The notes under the pieces: generated by a model
Database searches by the model: none
What the model was told of the DNA's origin: nothing
Seen by the model: only the letters and a program-made list of their open reading frames with translations
In this document: positions 13,600-27,547 of the stretch, one piece after another
Layout of the letters: each line of letters begins with the position of its first letter
Position numbering within the stretch: the first letter of the stretch is position 1
Translations under genes and position numbers: made by a program
NCBI GenBank assembly: GCA_030390025.1
Contig: CM059430.1
Location: 47,306,001 to 47,370,000, forward strand
Source of the DNA: Squalus acanthias
Taxonomy: Eukaryota
Direction: 5' to 3'
Length of the DNA: 64,000 bases

Positions 13600-14180
13600 G
13601 AGACCATTCAACCTCTGGAGGCAATGCAGAGAAGAGGCAATAGGATGTTCCCCAGTCTTCAAGGTCTGTTATAAGCAAAGACTGGAGAATGTTGGGCTCT
13701 TCAGCCTTGAAAGGGGACATTGAGAGATGACTTTATTGAGGTATACAAGATTGTAAACAGTATAGGAAAGGTAAATCAAGAAAATTAACTTTAAATTAAA
13801 CCAGTAAAAAAGGTAAATTTAGGACTGAGAGCAGGAAGTATTCCTTCACACAAAGAGACCAACATATGGAGTAGGCTCCCAGCTAGAGCAGTAGAGACAA
13901 AAACCCTGGAATCATTTAAGGACCAATTGGATGTTGCAACTGAGGGGACTTAATCATAGAATCCTAGAATAGTACAGCATAGAAGGAGGCCAGTCGATCC
14001 ATCAAGTCTGCGCCGGTTCTTTTGAAGAGCAATCCAGTTAGTCCCACTCCCCTGCTCTTTCCCCATATGCCTGCAATTTTTTCTCCTTCAAGTATTTATC
14101 CAATTCCCTTTTGAAGGCTACTATTGAATCTGTATCCACCACCCTATCAGGCAGTGCATTCCAAATCCTAACCAGTTCAT
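13600..14180. mobile_element. Two CR1 fragments (+ degenerate 13600-13950; - 3' end 13953-14180)
   Basis: Degenerate RT-tail motifs followed by a reversed ATCATAGAAT...GAAGGAGGCCA 3' end. Confidence 0.6.
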
Positions 14181-14799
14181 TCTGGAAGGATTAACTATGA
14201 TGAGCCACTGAATAGCCTTCCTCATACATAATTATCCGATGCCTTTGTGAAACACCGGACAGGAGATAGCCAACAGGGTGACTGCTCTCTGCAATATCCA
14301 GAGGAAATGGAAGGAAGCAGAGGCATAGCAGTTAGGGACAGCAGTTAGGGACAAGGTTACCTGGACAGCCACTGGCAGTGTCAGCCCATTAGTGGAGGTT
14401 GGCTGTCTCCTTGCTGACCTGGAGCCTGTGGGTACAGTTCCCATTGTGTATTGCCAGATTGGTGTTCCACCACCTACAAATATGGTTTCTGGCCCTGGTA
14501 CCAGCTGCACTCTCTGTCATGCCTTTGATTTTTGGCTGAAAACCTGGACCTGGAGGTGTTGGAATGCAAACCCCATAACTTACAGAAAAATGGTTGTTCA
14601 AACAAGATGCCTGTGTACCTTGAAGAGTTTCCTCTCCCATCTGTGATAATGCAGCTGGTCTGTAAATGTCTACTTTCACTGGGCAGAGATGCTGAGGCTA
14701 ATTGTGGCATCCAAACCATCACCCCGGGTGAGATCAGCTAACTGGGGATTAAAGTTGGGATCGCCCTGTCCTGTACGTACGCACACTGTCACGATATCA

Positions 14800-15205
14800 A
14801 GCTCATTGCTGCTGCTCTCACCTCGGAGTCAGAAGGTTGTGGGTTCAAGCCCCACACCAAGAATGAACATGTTATCTAGGCTAACACTTCAGTGCAGTAC
14901 TGCTTTGTCTTTCAGATGAGATGTTAAACGGAGGCCCAGTCTGCCCTCCCAGGTGGATGTAATAGATCCCACAGCACTATTTGAAGAGGAGCAGGGAAGT
15001 TCTCGCAGTGTCCTGGCCAATATTTATCCCTCAACCAAAAACAGATTAACTGTCATTCATCTCAAGGCTGTGTGGGACCTTGCTGTGCGTAAATTGGTTA
15101 CCACATTTGCCTAGAGCGACTACACTTCTGAAGCAATTCATTGGTTGTGAAGCGCTTTGAGGCATCCGGAGGATGTGAAAGGCGCTATATAAAGTCCTTT
15201 CTTTA
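14800..15205 (+). mobile_element. Deu-domain SINE
   Basis: B box GGTTCAAGCCC, GATCCCACAGCACTATTTGAAG core, GGCGCTATATAAA tail. Confidence 0.8.
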
Positions 15206-17305
15206 TTACATTGAGAAAGTCCGTCACATTTTTCCCCAACACACCTTGCTGTAATTAACTTGACAGATGATCTTTCACATGTAGATACAAGCACATCTTG
15301 AGCATATTTGCAATTATTTAACAAACTAAATAAATATTTACTGTCCTAAGCTTCATTAACATGTAAATGGTGCTCAGAAGAAAGGTTTCAGAAGGTTGGT
15401 TGCATGAAAAGGAATTCTTGCGTAATGCCAATTACTTATGTAATTTAGGCATCAACCTTAAAGAAGAGTTTGCGGGGAAAAATAAATGACTACCCTGTCA
15501 AATCAGCAGTAGGGCCTTTATTAGAATTGCCCACTTTAACATCAGTCTCATTTTCTGCACTGCTTTTGCTGAAGGTGGGCGTGAGTCAGTGCTAAGCGTA
15601 CAGAGTCAAAGTAATATGAGTCACGCTTCAACAATTCCAGAGTAACTGATTCATTCACATCAACGGAGGCAATGCAACAGTCAGACAACATTCCCCCAAA
15701 CCTTCCCAACATTTCGAAGGCGGCAAACCTTACAACATTCTGGTTTTCCGGCCTAAATGCCTCGGAGCCGAGCAACTAACTGATCATCTGGGAATTCAAT
15801 CAGCTCCGGACTTTCAAAGTCATTCCCAGTTCCACTAGTGAGCAGCAGCAGATTCCTTAGGAGATGGTATCACAGTTAATTTCACATCAGTTCAGGGTGT
15901 GCCTTTCTTTCCCCGTCTCCTGACATGCACAGTAAAACCCCCATTGTTTAGTGCTCTCTGCTGTGTGTCAATGACCCCATTAGAACCCAACTAAACTACA
16001 TTTTGGGGAACAGTGTTGCAATGCTATTTTCACAACACTGCTCCAAACAATGCAGGGCAGCCCATATCATCCAGAGCTTGCTCGACTCATCCCAACACGC
16101 TCACCTCCAAAAAGGGAGTCCCGCAATCATGTAAAATTAACCAGCCACAGTGCATCTCCATATTGATTTCGTAAAGACATACACTCGGGCTCGGGCTACA
16201 GAACAAACATTTAGTAGCTTGAAAGGATCCAATATATAAAAAAGGAGTCTCTATCTAACCATTTGACCTTTGAAACTATTTAGTGGGCCTGAATGTGCAT
16301 ATATTAAAAAAGTTGTTGAGGCCCAAATTGCATATACATGCATTACAGTTTTGCATATTCCACTCTATGTTCCCTGCTGCATTGTCAGGATTGTGGGTGT
16401 GGAGAGGGGGGGAGGAGAGGGAGAAGGAAGGTTATGCAACTGCCATCTGTAGCCAAAAACATCTGGAAGCTGGTAGTACAGTCAGCTAGTGGATTCTTGA
16501 CAGGGCTGATCTCTTGTCCTGCTCAGCCAAAGAGGTCTGCAGCCTCATCGTAGTGATGAATCGGCACAATCCTGGTAATCTCGCAGGTTGGGCAGTCGGT
16601 GGCCTCACTAGCAGTGCCACGTGCGATTCTTGGCACTGTACCCGGGAAGATGATATCCACCTTGAGGCAGCGGTGCGTCTGTCCGATCCATGGAACCCGA
16701 TTACAAATTGGTTTCAGATTCCCAAATACTTGAGCTATGGGCCTGATTATCGAATTAAATCAGACTGCCATCTCTAATGTGTAATCGCTGTGTGCAACGA
16801 TATACACATGTAAATACTGGAAGCGCCAGCAATAGAAAAGCATACACAAGGATTCTCCCCTATTAGGAGCTGCTTGTAGATGATAACGGTTTGAAAATTG
16901 TGTGCCTCTCCCCACTGCTTTCTTCACAGCAAGAGACAAATGTTGTTTACTGCACATGGTTAATTAGGAGAAGTAGCAACATTACTAGAAGTGACCAAGT
17001 ACACACTTACCTTTTAACAGGCCAACAACAGTTACTCTTTACGTTCCAGCTCCTACACCACAGTTATCCTCACAAGCGTTACCAATGCGTCACCAAAGGT
17101 CAAAGCGCTCAGCACATGGCCGACTGCATGCAGCACACACTGTGGGGCATTCAGCTGATGCCAGGGTGACCAGGCTGAATGAAGGCAGTGCTCCAGCGAG
17201 CTTCAAACCACAGGCAGGAGAGAGAACCTGCAGATAGTCCCAAGAACCGGAAATGGCACCAGTGCATCAGCAGCGGCCAAATGGCAACACCAGCTCGTGT
17301 GTGTA

Positions 17306-17743
17306 GCAGTCTCCCACCGACACAATGCAGCGCAGTCTCCCACCGACACAATGCAGCGCCGTCTCCCACCAACACAATGCAGCGCCGTCTCCCACCGACA
17401 CAATGCAGCGCAGTCTCCCACCGACACAATGCAGCGCAGTGTCCCACCGACACAATGCAGCGCAGTCTCCCACCGACACAATGCAGCGCCGTCTCCCACC
17501 GACACAATGCAGCGCCGTCTCCCACCAACACAATGCAGCGCCGTCTCCCACCGACACAATGCAGCGCAGTCTCCCACCGACACAATGCAGCGCAGTGTCC
17601 CACCGACACAATGCAGCGCAGTCTCCCACCGACACAATGCAGCGCCGTCTCCCACCGACACAATGCAGCGCCGTCTCCCACCAACACAATGCAGCGCCGT
17701 CTCCCACCGACACAATGCAGCGCAGTCTCCCACCGACACAATG
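17306..17743. repeat. 26-bp minisatellite, ~17 copies
   Basis: Unit GTCTCCCACCGACACAATGCAGCGC(A/C). Units start at 17309 and recur every 26 bp to 17725. Confidence 0.97.
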
Positions 17744-17959
17744 TTGAAAGGGTTGGAGTTTTACAACTGTCGGCACCGGAGTGCAGATTCAAAATGGAGG
17801 CATCGAGCAGCAACTGTATTTTAATCTTTGTAGCGAGAGTGAGGCCACTTTCATCACAACCGAGGTGGACATTTAAAAATTGAAAAAGCAGCGCATCACT
17901 AATCTAAAGCAATTACAAAGATTTGCAGGTGCAACAACGTGATGGAGCACCTGTCTTTC

Positions 17960-18345
17960 CCATTCCCTGATGTTCAGTGAATAAACACACTGTACGGTGA
18001 GCCAGAGAGACCACAAAGGCCCCAGGTTTGAACCCTGGCCTGCACTGAGTAAGTTGTTCTGAGTCAGGACAGAAGTGCAGTCCTGCAACAGTTGAGCTAT
18101 GGAGCGGGTGGGAGTGCGGTAAATCAGTCAGTGAATACTGGCTGCACATGTTCGCGCGCAGACGTTGGGCGAGGACAGGATCAGGTCAGCTGTGATGATC
18201 TGCAGAGTCATACAGCCCACCAGCTAGACTCACATGAATGAACACGTGGGTGAGACACCAGAGGGTCACTGGTGCCTGAGGAAATGCACCCACCATGAAT
18301 CAGCACCTCCAAGAAAGGAGGGCAAGGGAAGGAAATTCAGGAAGG
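17960..18345 (+). mobile_element. Second SINE-like family copy
   Basis: CCCAGGTTTGAACCCTGG B-box-like motif and GAGGACAGGATCAGG..CTGTGATG body. A reverse copy lies at ~18675-18955. Confidence 0.55.
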
Positions 18346-20379
18346 GGCTTTTACTTTTAATTATTAGCTTAAAGAGAGCTAATTCACCACATAAAGCCAC
18401 TACAGTACTAACAACTGGCTAACTGAACAGTGGCCCGAGGAGTCCAGCTCACTGCACGAATTAGGAATTTCCTTACAAAATCAGAAATATTTTTTTTTAA
18501 ATAAACAAAGCAGCTTTAGAATATCAAACAGAGAGGCCGCAGTGTGAGCTTTGCACAGGTCTTTACAAGATACATTTCCGTTGCACATTTAAAGCTCAAA
18601 TGAAAGCTGCACTTGACAACTCGTCAGCCACGGGTTCACATTCCGCTCGCCATCTGTAACACTTTCTTTTTATCATTCCCCCCCTTCTCTCCTGAAGTCA
18701 CTGAGCCCATCACTAGGACACAGTTGTGCACCTGGTGGTCACCTTCCACTACCTTGCCCAAGTGTGTGTGTCAGTGAGTGCCAGCAGACTACCAGTCCTC
18801 AGCCAGCACCTAGTAAGAGTCCATCAGGCAGGGCAACCCTGGCTCTTTTTCTTTTCCTTCCCTCCAACTGCAGCACCCCTACTGGTGCTTTAGCTGAAAT
18901 CAGCTAACTCAGCACAGAGCAGCTGATGAACAGAGGACCTTCCTGCTTTGTATGCTGGAGAGACAGAGAATTGACTTCGGAGCCATTGGGACAGCATCTT
19001 TATAGCTTCCAAGCCTAGATTTTTCAATTGGCGTTAACCCATTTAAAATCAACAGGTTAATGCCTGTGCCAAAATAACACTGTCTTTCACGAACTTCTGC
19101 GATTTTAAAATGGTACAATTCTCACCACTCCCATAAATCCCCAATTGCTTTTTCTTCCTAACCACTTTCCCCCTCAAAATTAACCAGGTTCCCCTAACTC
19201 TTACCCCATTTTTGTGACTCAGCAGGATGATTTCATGTCTTATTCTGGGGGGGGTGGGGGGGGGCGGTTTCAGTACCACCTGTGCAGCCACCGCCCGGCA
19301 TGAGAGCTGCTCTCGGGTTACGCCTGCCTGTTCTAAATGCTGTGAACATCTGGGGAGTATAAAGTTCTGAGAGAGGTGTGTCAGGATTGCCTACTGTTTC
19401 ACACACCAGGGCTCCAAACCCTCGGGCCATTGCAGAAGAGGCTCAGAAGTTATTTTACTCCTCGTTATGTAAAGGCCTCAGTAATGTGAAATACAATTTA
19501 TCTTCCAAAATGTAGCAATCTATTATAAAAGTGCCGACTGCATTACTGAAAGGCTGGTTGCTGTCTACTCCTCACTATCAAATTAGTAAGTAAGTTAATT
19601 TATGAGTCACATTTCAATTTCTGTATTAAATGCACATTCTTTCAAGGTCTAAATCAGCCATAGCTCTTGGCTACATGATAGATTCATCTTCTATATGCAC
19701 AGCTTGATGGAAGGCAGAGATATTTTGCTTGAATGAATGAAGCCTGTAAGTGCTTGTATATGTTAGTTAGGAGCCAGAGACCTACCTCATACCGATGACC
19801 ACTTCTGCAGCAGTGTTAGAATCAGTGAGGCATAAAGCCACAATGTATAGACATTATAACACAAACATTAGCAACTGCATCATTCTGGTGTCCGTGGCTC
19901 CACGGGTACATTCTGGGACAGAATATCTTTGAGCACAAAGGTTTGAGCCGGAGATGTGATAACCTAATTAAATCTAGATGTGCCCTAGATTAAATCTCCT
20001 GTGTAAACAGGATAAAGAACAGTTAAAAGAGTGGCCCTTCAGTCAGCATAGTGATTTCGGTTGGGGTCAGCTTCCCATTAATCATCGTCCGATAGGAAGG
20101 AATGGTTTTGTAAAAATTCATCAAGAAATCATTCTCACTTGGACAAATATACTAGAAGGATTTAGAAATTCGTGAGTATTTTTAATCAGGCCTCATTGTT
20201 TCCAGCGACATTTTGAACATGAGTTTTACACAGGTGCTGGAGCTGCAAGACAGCAGAGGTCAGTTAGAGCCAGAGTGTCCTGAAAGTGCTTCGTTCCCCT
20301 TTTTCAGTGCATTACCAGTCTACATTGCAGCAACAGGTTTCTGAACTCCATTCTCAGGAACTATAAAAAAAACTGGAGG

Positions 20380-21150
20380 CCAGGGAACTACACGAGGAAG
20401 AAAGGAATAGAAGGATATGCTGATCGGGTGAGATGAAGTAAGGTGGGAGGAGGCTCGTGTGGAGCAAAAACATCGGCATGGACCAGTTGGGCCGAATGGT
20501 CGGTTTCGATGCTTGATGCAATTCTATGTAATTTCCCCCTGTGCAAGGATACCTTGGAGTCATATTTGACCCCGAGATGAGCTTCCGACCACATGTCCTC
20601 GCCATCACCAAGACCGCCTATTTCCATCTCTGGAACATCACCCAACTCCGCCCCTGCCTCTGCTCATCTGCTGCTGATACCCTCATCCATGCCTTTGTTA
20701 CCTCTAGACTTGACTATTCCAATGCACTCCTGGCCTCCCACATTCTACCCTACGTAAACCTGAGGTCATCCAAAACTCAGCTGCCCGTGTCCTAACTCGC
20801 ACCAAGTCCCGTTCACCCATCACCCCGTGCTCACTCCTACATTGGCTCTTGGTTAAGCAGCGCAAAAATCTATCAATCTCAGTTTTGAAATTTTCAATTG
20901 ACCCCCAGCCTCAACAGCTGTTTGAGGGAGTAAGTTCCAGATTTCCCTTTGTGTGAAGAAGTGCTTTCTGACATCACCCCTGAATGGTCTAGCTCTAATT
21001 TTAAGGCTATGCCCCCTTATTCCGGACTACTCAACTAGACAAAATAGTTTCTCTCCAGCTACCCAGTCAACTCCTTTTGATCATCTTAAACACCTTAATC
21101 AGATCACCAGTTAATCTTCTATATTCAGGGGAATACAAGCCTAGTCTATG
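20380..21150. mobile_element. Composite: CR1 3' end (+, to ~20530), L2 fragment (+, 20545-20860), CR1 fragment (-, 20865-21150)
   Basis: ORF 20541-20795 has the L2 motifs LGVIFDPEMSF and LIHAFVTSRLDYSNALL. Flanking pieces match other CR1 copies. Confidence 0.75.
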
Positions 21151-21484
21151 AAACGGCACAGTTAAAGCCTTTAATCGATTTTACTTATTGCGGATAGTAT
21201 TGGCCAGGTGTCAGTAGGATAATGGCACCAAGTTGAATCTGCTGCAAGAACTCTCATACCAGTTACAGAATTTGGTCAACAAATTGCAAGGACCTTTTGT
21301 AAAAACATTACTCAACAATATTCCGAAGGGGATTATCACACCTGTGAAGGTGTTGGGGAACTTTTTATCTGCCCCTTTGCAAAGATTGCTTCGTGCTTCT
21401 TTTGTGATGCAAGTACATCATTCACATCAGTAACATGTTATGCCACACAGGAAGATAGCAAAACCACACTGGGCTCTTCTAGGT

Positions 21485-21728
21485 CAGTGATGGCCAAACT
21501 GTGGCCTGTGGGCCAACATGCAAGACCTGGCAATCTACTAATACAACAAGGCACGGCCGGCAATGCTGGAGCGATGAAAATCAGGGATGGGCAAGAGGCC
21601 AGAATTGGAATAGCGCAGAGATCTCGGAAGGTTGTACAGCTGGAAAATAATCTTATTTACCCTTTCATTTATTATTTCTTGATTTGTGCTGCTTGAATTT
21701 CAGAGGCCTGGAGGTTTGGAAGGGGCTG
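21485..21728. mobile_element. Possible old hAT (Charlie-like) MITE
   Basis: CAGTGATGGCCAAAC start, GTTTGGAAGGGGCTG end, flanks TTCTAGGT / TTCTTAGA. Confidence 0.4.
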
Positions 21729-23839
21729 TTCTTAGAGCTGTTGCCTCACCAGTGGCAAAATCTTAAAACAACAGACACTAAAACTTGCTAGCAACTGGAG
21801 ATATATGAAAATTAGTGGGAATGTGACCATCAACTCTATATGTCTCCCACCCTCCACATGGAGACTCCATGATATGCAGCCCACAAAAACAAAAGATTCA
21901 GACACCCCTGTTCCAAACTTTTCCTCTTTGTTTTTTTTATTCCCCTGCCAAAAAAACAAACATCACCCCTTTAACAAAATCAACAGAACAAGAAGGATGC
22001 CAATACAGGATCTGAAAGGAGTATCAAAGTTGAGCTGATCCTCGGCTCTTGCCCAATTGAGCGTGGGTGTGACTTGTGAAATTGGTACACCTCTGCCTTG
22101 AGCGATGAAGTTTTGTCAGCCAGACTCAGCGTGATGTGCGTCTTTAGGGTGTAAGCACTTTAAACATGCTGCTCATCACAACACCATGTTGCCAGATGCC
22201 TTCGCTGATTAAAAGGTGCGGAAGGGACAACTGTGCAGAATAAATTAGCTCCTTCACGAAACCCCCTACAGTTTAAATCTTACATTACCATTAACAGCAA
22301 GGGAGGCCTCTTGCCAGGCCTTTCCTTAGGTCACGAGTACACAATAATATAAAAAATGTTAACTTTATGCAATCCCAGATCATAAAAGCTTTCAGATCAT
22401 TATCAAACCTGCAGCTTCAAAAGCCAACCTCCATCAAGACAATTAACACTTGAAGGGGAAATGAAAGCTTTAATCAGCTGGGCTGAATAGATATTTAAAT
22501 TTAACCTATTCACCCAGAGGGCTGGCAACATCCCTCTTTAACGGCTAATGGAAGGGAGCTCTGTAATAAATCCGTGTCAAGACAAAGCAATGGAAATTGG
22601 ACAAAACTACTTAAAAAATAACATTTAAAATATCAATGTAAAATACAAACATCCTTAAACATGCTTGTGATAGATTACAAATGAAGATGTCTGATGTGAC
22701 TATTGCTCTGCAATTGGGATACTCCAACTTCAATTTGTGATTTAGTTTTCTTTAGTGTGTACTGTATTTGAACAACACTTTCCAAAACTCAAGCGGTACT
22801 CCGCTGAAACCGGACCCACTTTAACCCAATAAATTAGCAAAGCTCGTAATATAAATGAACATTTGACTGCCTTGTACAAAGGCGCACAGCCACCGAGATA
22901 TCAACATCCCCTGTTCTGTTTGCATTGCAGCTGCCCCACGTTTCAGACACCGTGTCTGCATTTGCGGATTAAAATCAATAGAGTTCCCCAATTTTCCCCT
23001 GCTGCTACTCCAGGAATCCAAAGTCCGCAGCACGTGGAGTGCAAGAATCCCTGATGTACAAAAACTACTGCCAACAGCATGCCGGAAAGTTTGAATTCCC
23101 CGGAGCAACAGGTAGGCGGGTGGGGGAAAATCAGAGAACAGCACCAGTGTGAACTGAGGGTGGAGAGGGGCAGGAATATAAATCCGAAAACAGTGGCAGT
23201 ATGAATTAGGAGGGGGAAATTGGAGAGCAGTGCCAGTGTGAATGGGGGGGGGGGGGGGGGGGAAGAGAGAAAGAGTGCCAGGCTAAACTGGTGGTAGGAA
23301 AAACAGTCAGTGTGAACTGATGTGAGAGGGGGTGCGTGGGTGAATGCCTATACGTGACTGACAACCGTACATACGATTTAACACAATCAGGTTTAGTAAC
23401 CGATAAATAGCCACAATAGCCCAAAGATTCTCCACAAGAAATTAGGGGAAATCTCCACAATTTTTGCCACACCCTCAATAATGTAATGTTGGGGAAGACT
23501 GCAAAATAAATTGAGACAAGCCAGTGCCCCGCTGTACTTTTGATGTAACTACGTGTCATAGGCCTAAATATTTGGCTGCTTTTGTGTTATCAGTTTTTTT
23601 ACGGTTGTCAGGTTTATTTTTTTAAGATGATTGCCAGTTTTTGCTAGTTTTCTTAATTGTTTCAGTAGCACAGCATGAGAATCTGTCATATAAATGTATT
23701 CAATTGATGGCTCTCCCCACCGTTAGGCCTGTGGCCCACAAGGCCCATCTGTTTGGAACGGAATCTGCCATTAAGCCTTCCCACATGAAGTCACGATGCA
23801 ACATACCCTTTGAAAAAAAAAATCACACGTTGGCCAGCT

Positions 23840-24210
23840 CTAGAATCAGAGCACAGAAGGAGGCCATTCAGCCCATCGTGCCGTGTCAGCACTTTGAGAG
23901 AGCTATCCAATTAGTCCCACTCGCCTGCTCTTTCCCCTTAGCACTGCAAATGTGTCCTTTTCAAGTATACATTCAACTCCCTTTTAAAAGTTACTATTGA
24001 ATCTACTTCCACCGCCCTTTCAGGCAGTGCATTCCAGATCACAACTCACTGCATAAAAACCATTTCTCCTCATCTCCCCCCTGGTTCTTTTGCCAATTAC
24101 CTTAAATCTGTGTCCTCTGGCTAACGGCCCTCCTGCCACTGGAAACAGTTTCTCCTTATTTACTATCAAAACCCTTCATGATTTTGAACACCTCTATTAA
24201 ATCTCCTTAG
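23840..24210 (-). mobile_element. CR1 3' fragment
   Basis: Reverse match to 1740-2080. Confidence 0.75.
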
Positions 24211-25383
24211 AAGAGTAATTCAGTATGAAAACTAAACTCAGTGTTTGAATGTGTGTTGGTAACATAACTTGAATGTACAGTTCACGGGTATTTTAAAAAC
24301 CCAACTTTCCTCAGTTACATTAAATACAGGAACAAAAAGCAGAAATAGCCTGACCTGCCTTGACCTCAAAAAGTAATGAGTAGCATATTATCGTCACAGC
24401 ATTGCATTTCCCCATCTGTTTGTGACGCATCATTAAATGAACCATATTACCAATTATTTTCCATTAAGGCTGAGTGCTAGCTCACCAGCTGGTTACTGGC
24501 TGTGACCCTTCTGGTTCTGACTAGGCTCCGTGCACTTTTTTCCCAGCACTTTCCTCTTATGTGAAAATTAGGATTAGAGACTTGAAAGACCCTTTTTAAA
24601 ATTTGTCTAAAATCTGAGTCCGCTCGCTTTGACGAAGCCTCAGTTGGCATTTTCCTGCTACTATCTCTTCTAGCTGCAAGTTTTAGCTGACTTTACAGAG
24701 AGTCTGAAGCCTTACCCCATACAGTACTGTGTTTCTACATCCATGCCCCATTTGCACAATACATGTGTCTGTGTACGCAGAGAACATCTGATTTACCATT
24801 GACAATCCACAAGATCAGTTTACTCTCAAAGATGGAGTATCATCACCGGGGGTCCCTTTTACAATTCAAACAATTAAAAGGAATTATGATTAATCTCAAC
24901 ATCCTTCCATTTCATTTCTATTTCTGTTTTGGTTTCTGAATGTTAAGTGCTGATGAGATCATCGAGGGCGGCTGGCTAGTTTAGAGTTACTGGAGCCCAA
25001 AAGTGAGTGGGAGATGAATTCACTTCAGTAGAGACAGTCATTAACCCAGGAGTGCTTCAGCAGTCTTGACATTGCAACTGAGTGTGTTTTATGCAGCGAG
25101 TTGTGATCTGGAATGCACTCATCTCCTGTCTGAATCGGGAAGTCCTCCCAGCCATTTTTCCCCAAACGATGCCATGGAGACTCATAAGAATTTAAGAACA
25201 CAAGAATTTAAAAACAGGAAAAGGCCATTAGGTCCAAGCAAGCCTTTCTCCCCATATCCTTCAATCCCTTCTCTCCAGAAACGCATCCAATTGTCTCGAA
25301 CTCATTTATACTGCCTACTTCAAATGACCTTTCATGATAACTTATTGCACAACTCCAGCTCTCCTTGACTTCCCTTCATAAAA

Positions 25384-25725
25384 GTGTCAGCCGTGTCTCA
25401 GTGGGTAGCACTCTTGCCTCAGAGTCAAAAGGTCATGGGTTCAAGTCCCACTCCAGAGACCAGAGCACATAATCTAGGCGGGCACTCCAGTGCAGTACTG
25501 AGGTGACATCTTTCACATGGGACGTTAAACTGAGGGCCCGTCTGCCCTATTAGGTGTATGTAAAAGATCCCACGACACTCTCGAAGAAAAATAGGGGAGC
25601 TCTTCCGGTGTCCTGACTAACATTTACCTGCTGCGTTTCCTACATTACAACAGTGACTACACTTCAAAAGTACTTCATTGGCTGTAAAGCGCTTTGAGAG
25701 TCCCGAGGTCGTGAAGGGCACTTTT
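25384..25725 (+). mobile_element. Deu-domain SINE
   Basis: Head GTGTCAGCCGTGTCTCAGTGGGTAGC, B box, core and tail. Confidence 0.8.
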
Positions 25726-25729
25726 AAAA

Positions 25730-26122
25730 AGAAAGAAGGAACTGCATTTATAAAGAGATACTTGTATATATGTAGTGCTTATGTCTTCTCAGAAATGTCC
25801 AAAAGCACTTCACAAACAAAGACTTATTTTGAAGTATGCTAACTGTTCTGGAGGCAAATGTGTCTATCCCACAAACAGCAATGAGGTAGTTTAATGGTGT
25901 TAGCAGAGTAAGGAATGTTTGCCAGGGTACTGACAGAATTCCCTGCTTTTTTGTTCCAAATGGTTCCAATGGACTTTTAATATTCATCTGAACCACTGGA
26001 ACAGGTCATATAAAAGGTCAGCACCTGACAATGCAGCACTCCCTTCACTACTTAATCGAAGTGGGTCTTTAATCCACAACCTCCTGCCTCAAAGTCAAGA
26101 GTGCTACCAGTTGAGCCAAGCT
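25730..26122 (-). mobile_element. Older, diverged Deu-domain SINE, tail-to-tail with the previous copy
   Basis: Degenerate reverse match ending in GTGCTACCAGTTGAGCCAAGCT. Confidence 0.65.
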
Positions 26123-27547
26123 ATACGGCATATTCCTAAGCTTCCAGTTTTAAAACTTGTGGTGCTTGACTATCTCACCTTCACCAGCAAATTATTTGGA
26201 TCAATTTGTCCATCCCTTTCATAATCTTAAAAACTCCAACTAGATCACTTCAAAACATCATCTTTTCGAAAGAAAACAAACCTTTTCTTCCTTACTTTAA
26301 TTCCTGTTACCAGGAATCATTTTCACTAGTTTCTGCATCCTCTCAAAAACAATAAAACCCTGCTCATGATTAAATGGCCAGAACTACTGTGGTTTGGCCA
26401 AAGTCATTGAAACCAGAGGGGGTCATTTTAATCTAAGCTGCCCAACAGGAGCGGGCAGTGTTCAGGTTGGACGCTCGTTTTAACCCTGCCCGATTTTACG
26501 CTCCATTGACTTCAATGGAGTTTGACCCAAACCGGTCCCATTCCCATCAGCCAGGTTAAATTCAAATTAAACCCAAAGTACCTTAATTGCCTTTTCTAAA
26601 ACTCTAGCTAAGAACTGTGTTGACACTTTTAAAGATGAATTAATTTATGTGAACAAAAAGAAAAAAAGACCTAAAGGACCTTAATTATATATATTTTTTT
26701 TACAAATGAGTTGTTTTTAAATGGGTTACTAGTTATGGTGGTGACTCTCTTTAACATGCTCCACAGTTAGAGAGACCACTCTAAGAACCCACTTAATGGC
26801 TGCTGTTTCTGTGATTGGCTAATTGAGCTAGATTTTCCCCTCCATTTTACTGCAGTTGCCTGTGGTAAGTTTGATGTGAAGGCACCCAATACTATGGAAT
26901 GATTAAAATTAATAATAATTACTTATTATTGGCTTATCTACTGACTTTACTTGTACACAGCTGTGTTGTTCATTGAATGAAGGTGGTGTCACCATGTCAT
27001 GTGCCTGAAGTAACATTTCTTTCATTTCATCGTAATGGATTCTACTATAGGAGTCAGTTTGCAGCTTTCTTTCTCCTTGGTGTACTTTAGGTGGCATTGT
27101 TTATGAAAGGAAACTCTAATATTAGGATCATATAACTGCATTCCCCCCCGCTGTGTGTTCCTGTCAATCCAGAGTCTGGCCCTAACTCCATGTAGCACAG
27201 GGTACCAGGTAGAGAAAGACAGGAACAACTGTCTTAAATTTGTAGAGTTTGAACAATGTAATTTCTAATCTGAAGCCTCCATGTTTTGAATGTACTATTT
27301 TAACTACAGGTGATCTTACCATCAGCTACCATCTTGGACAGTGTCATTACGATTAATAATCATTGAAAGACCATTCTGAGCCGTTACCACATCTCTACCC
27401 TCTCGAACAGGATGACAATGACTGATAAATGTGGGCATTCTCTTCCTATTTTCCGACAAATATTAATGGCAGACAAACTGTAGACACCATTTTTTTTTAA
27501 TAAAAGATGTGCCCCACTGGGTGGATCAGTTTATGTAATTCACTTAC

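Noticed and set aside
17151-17883. Six overlapping long ORFs and a CRISPR-like appearance
   Set aside because: The ORFs arise from a stop-free 26-bp tandem unit. There are no unique spacers and no cas genes, and the DNA is vertebrate.
23120-23335. Loose repeats of CAGTGTGAA plus G-runs
   Set aside because: Too degenerate to define a unit; probably decayed simple sequence.
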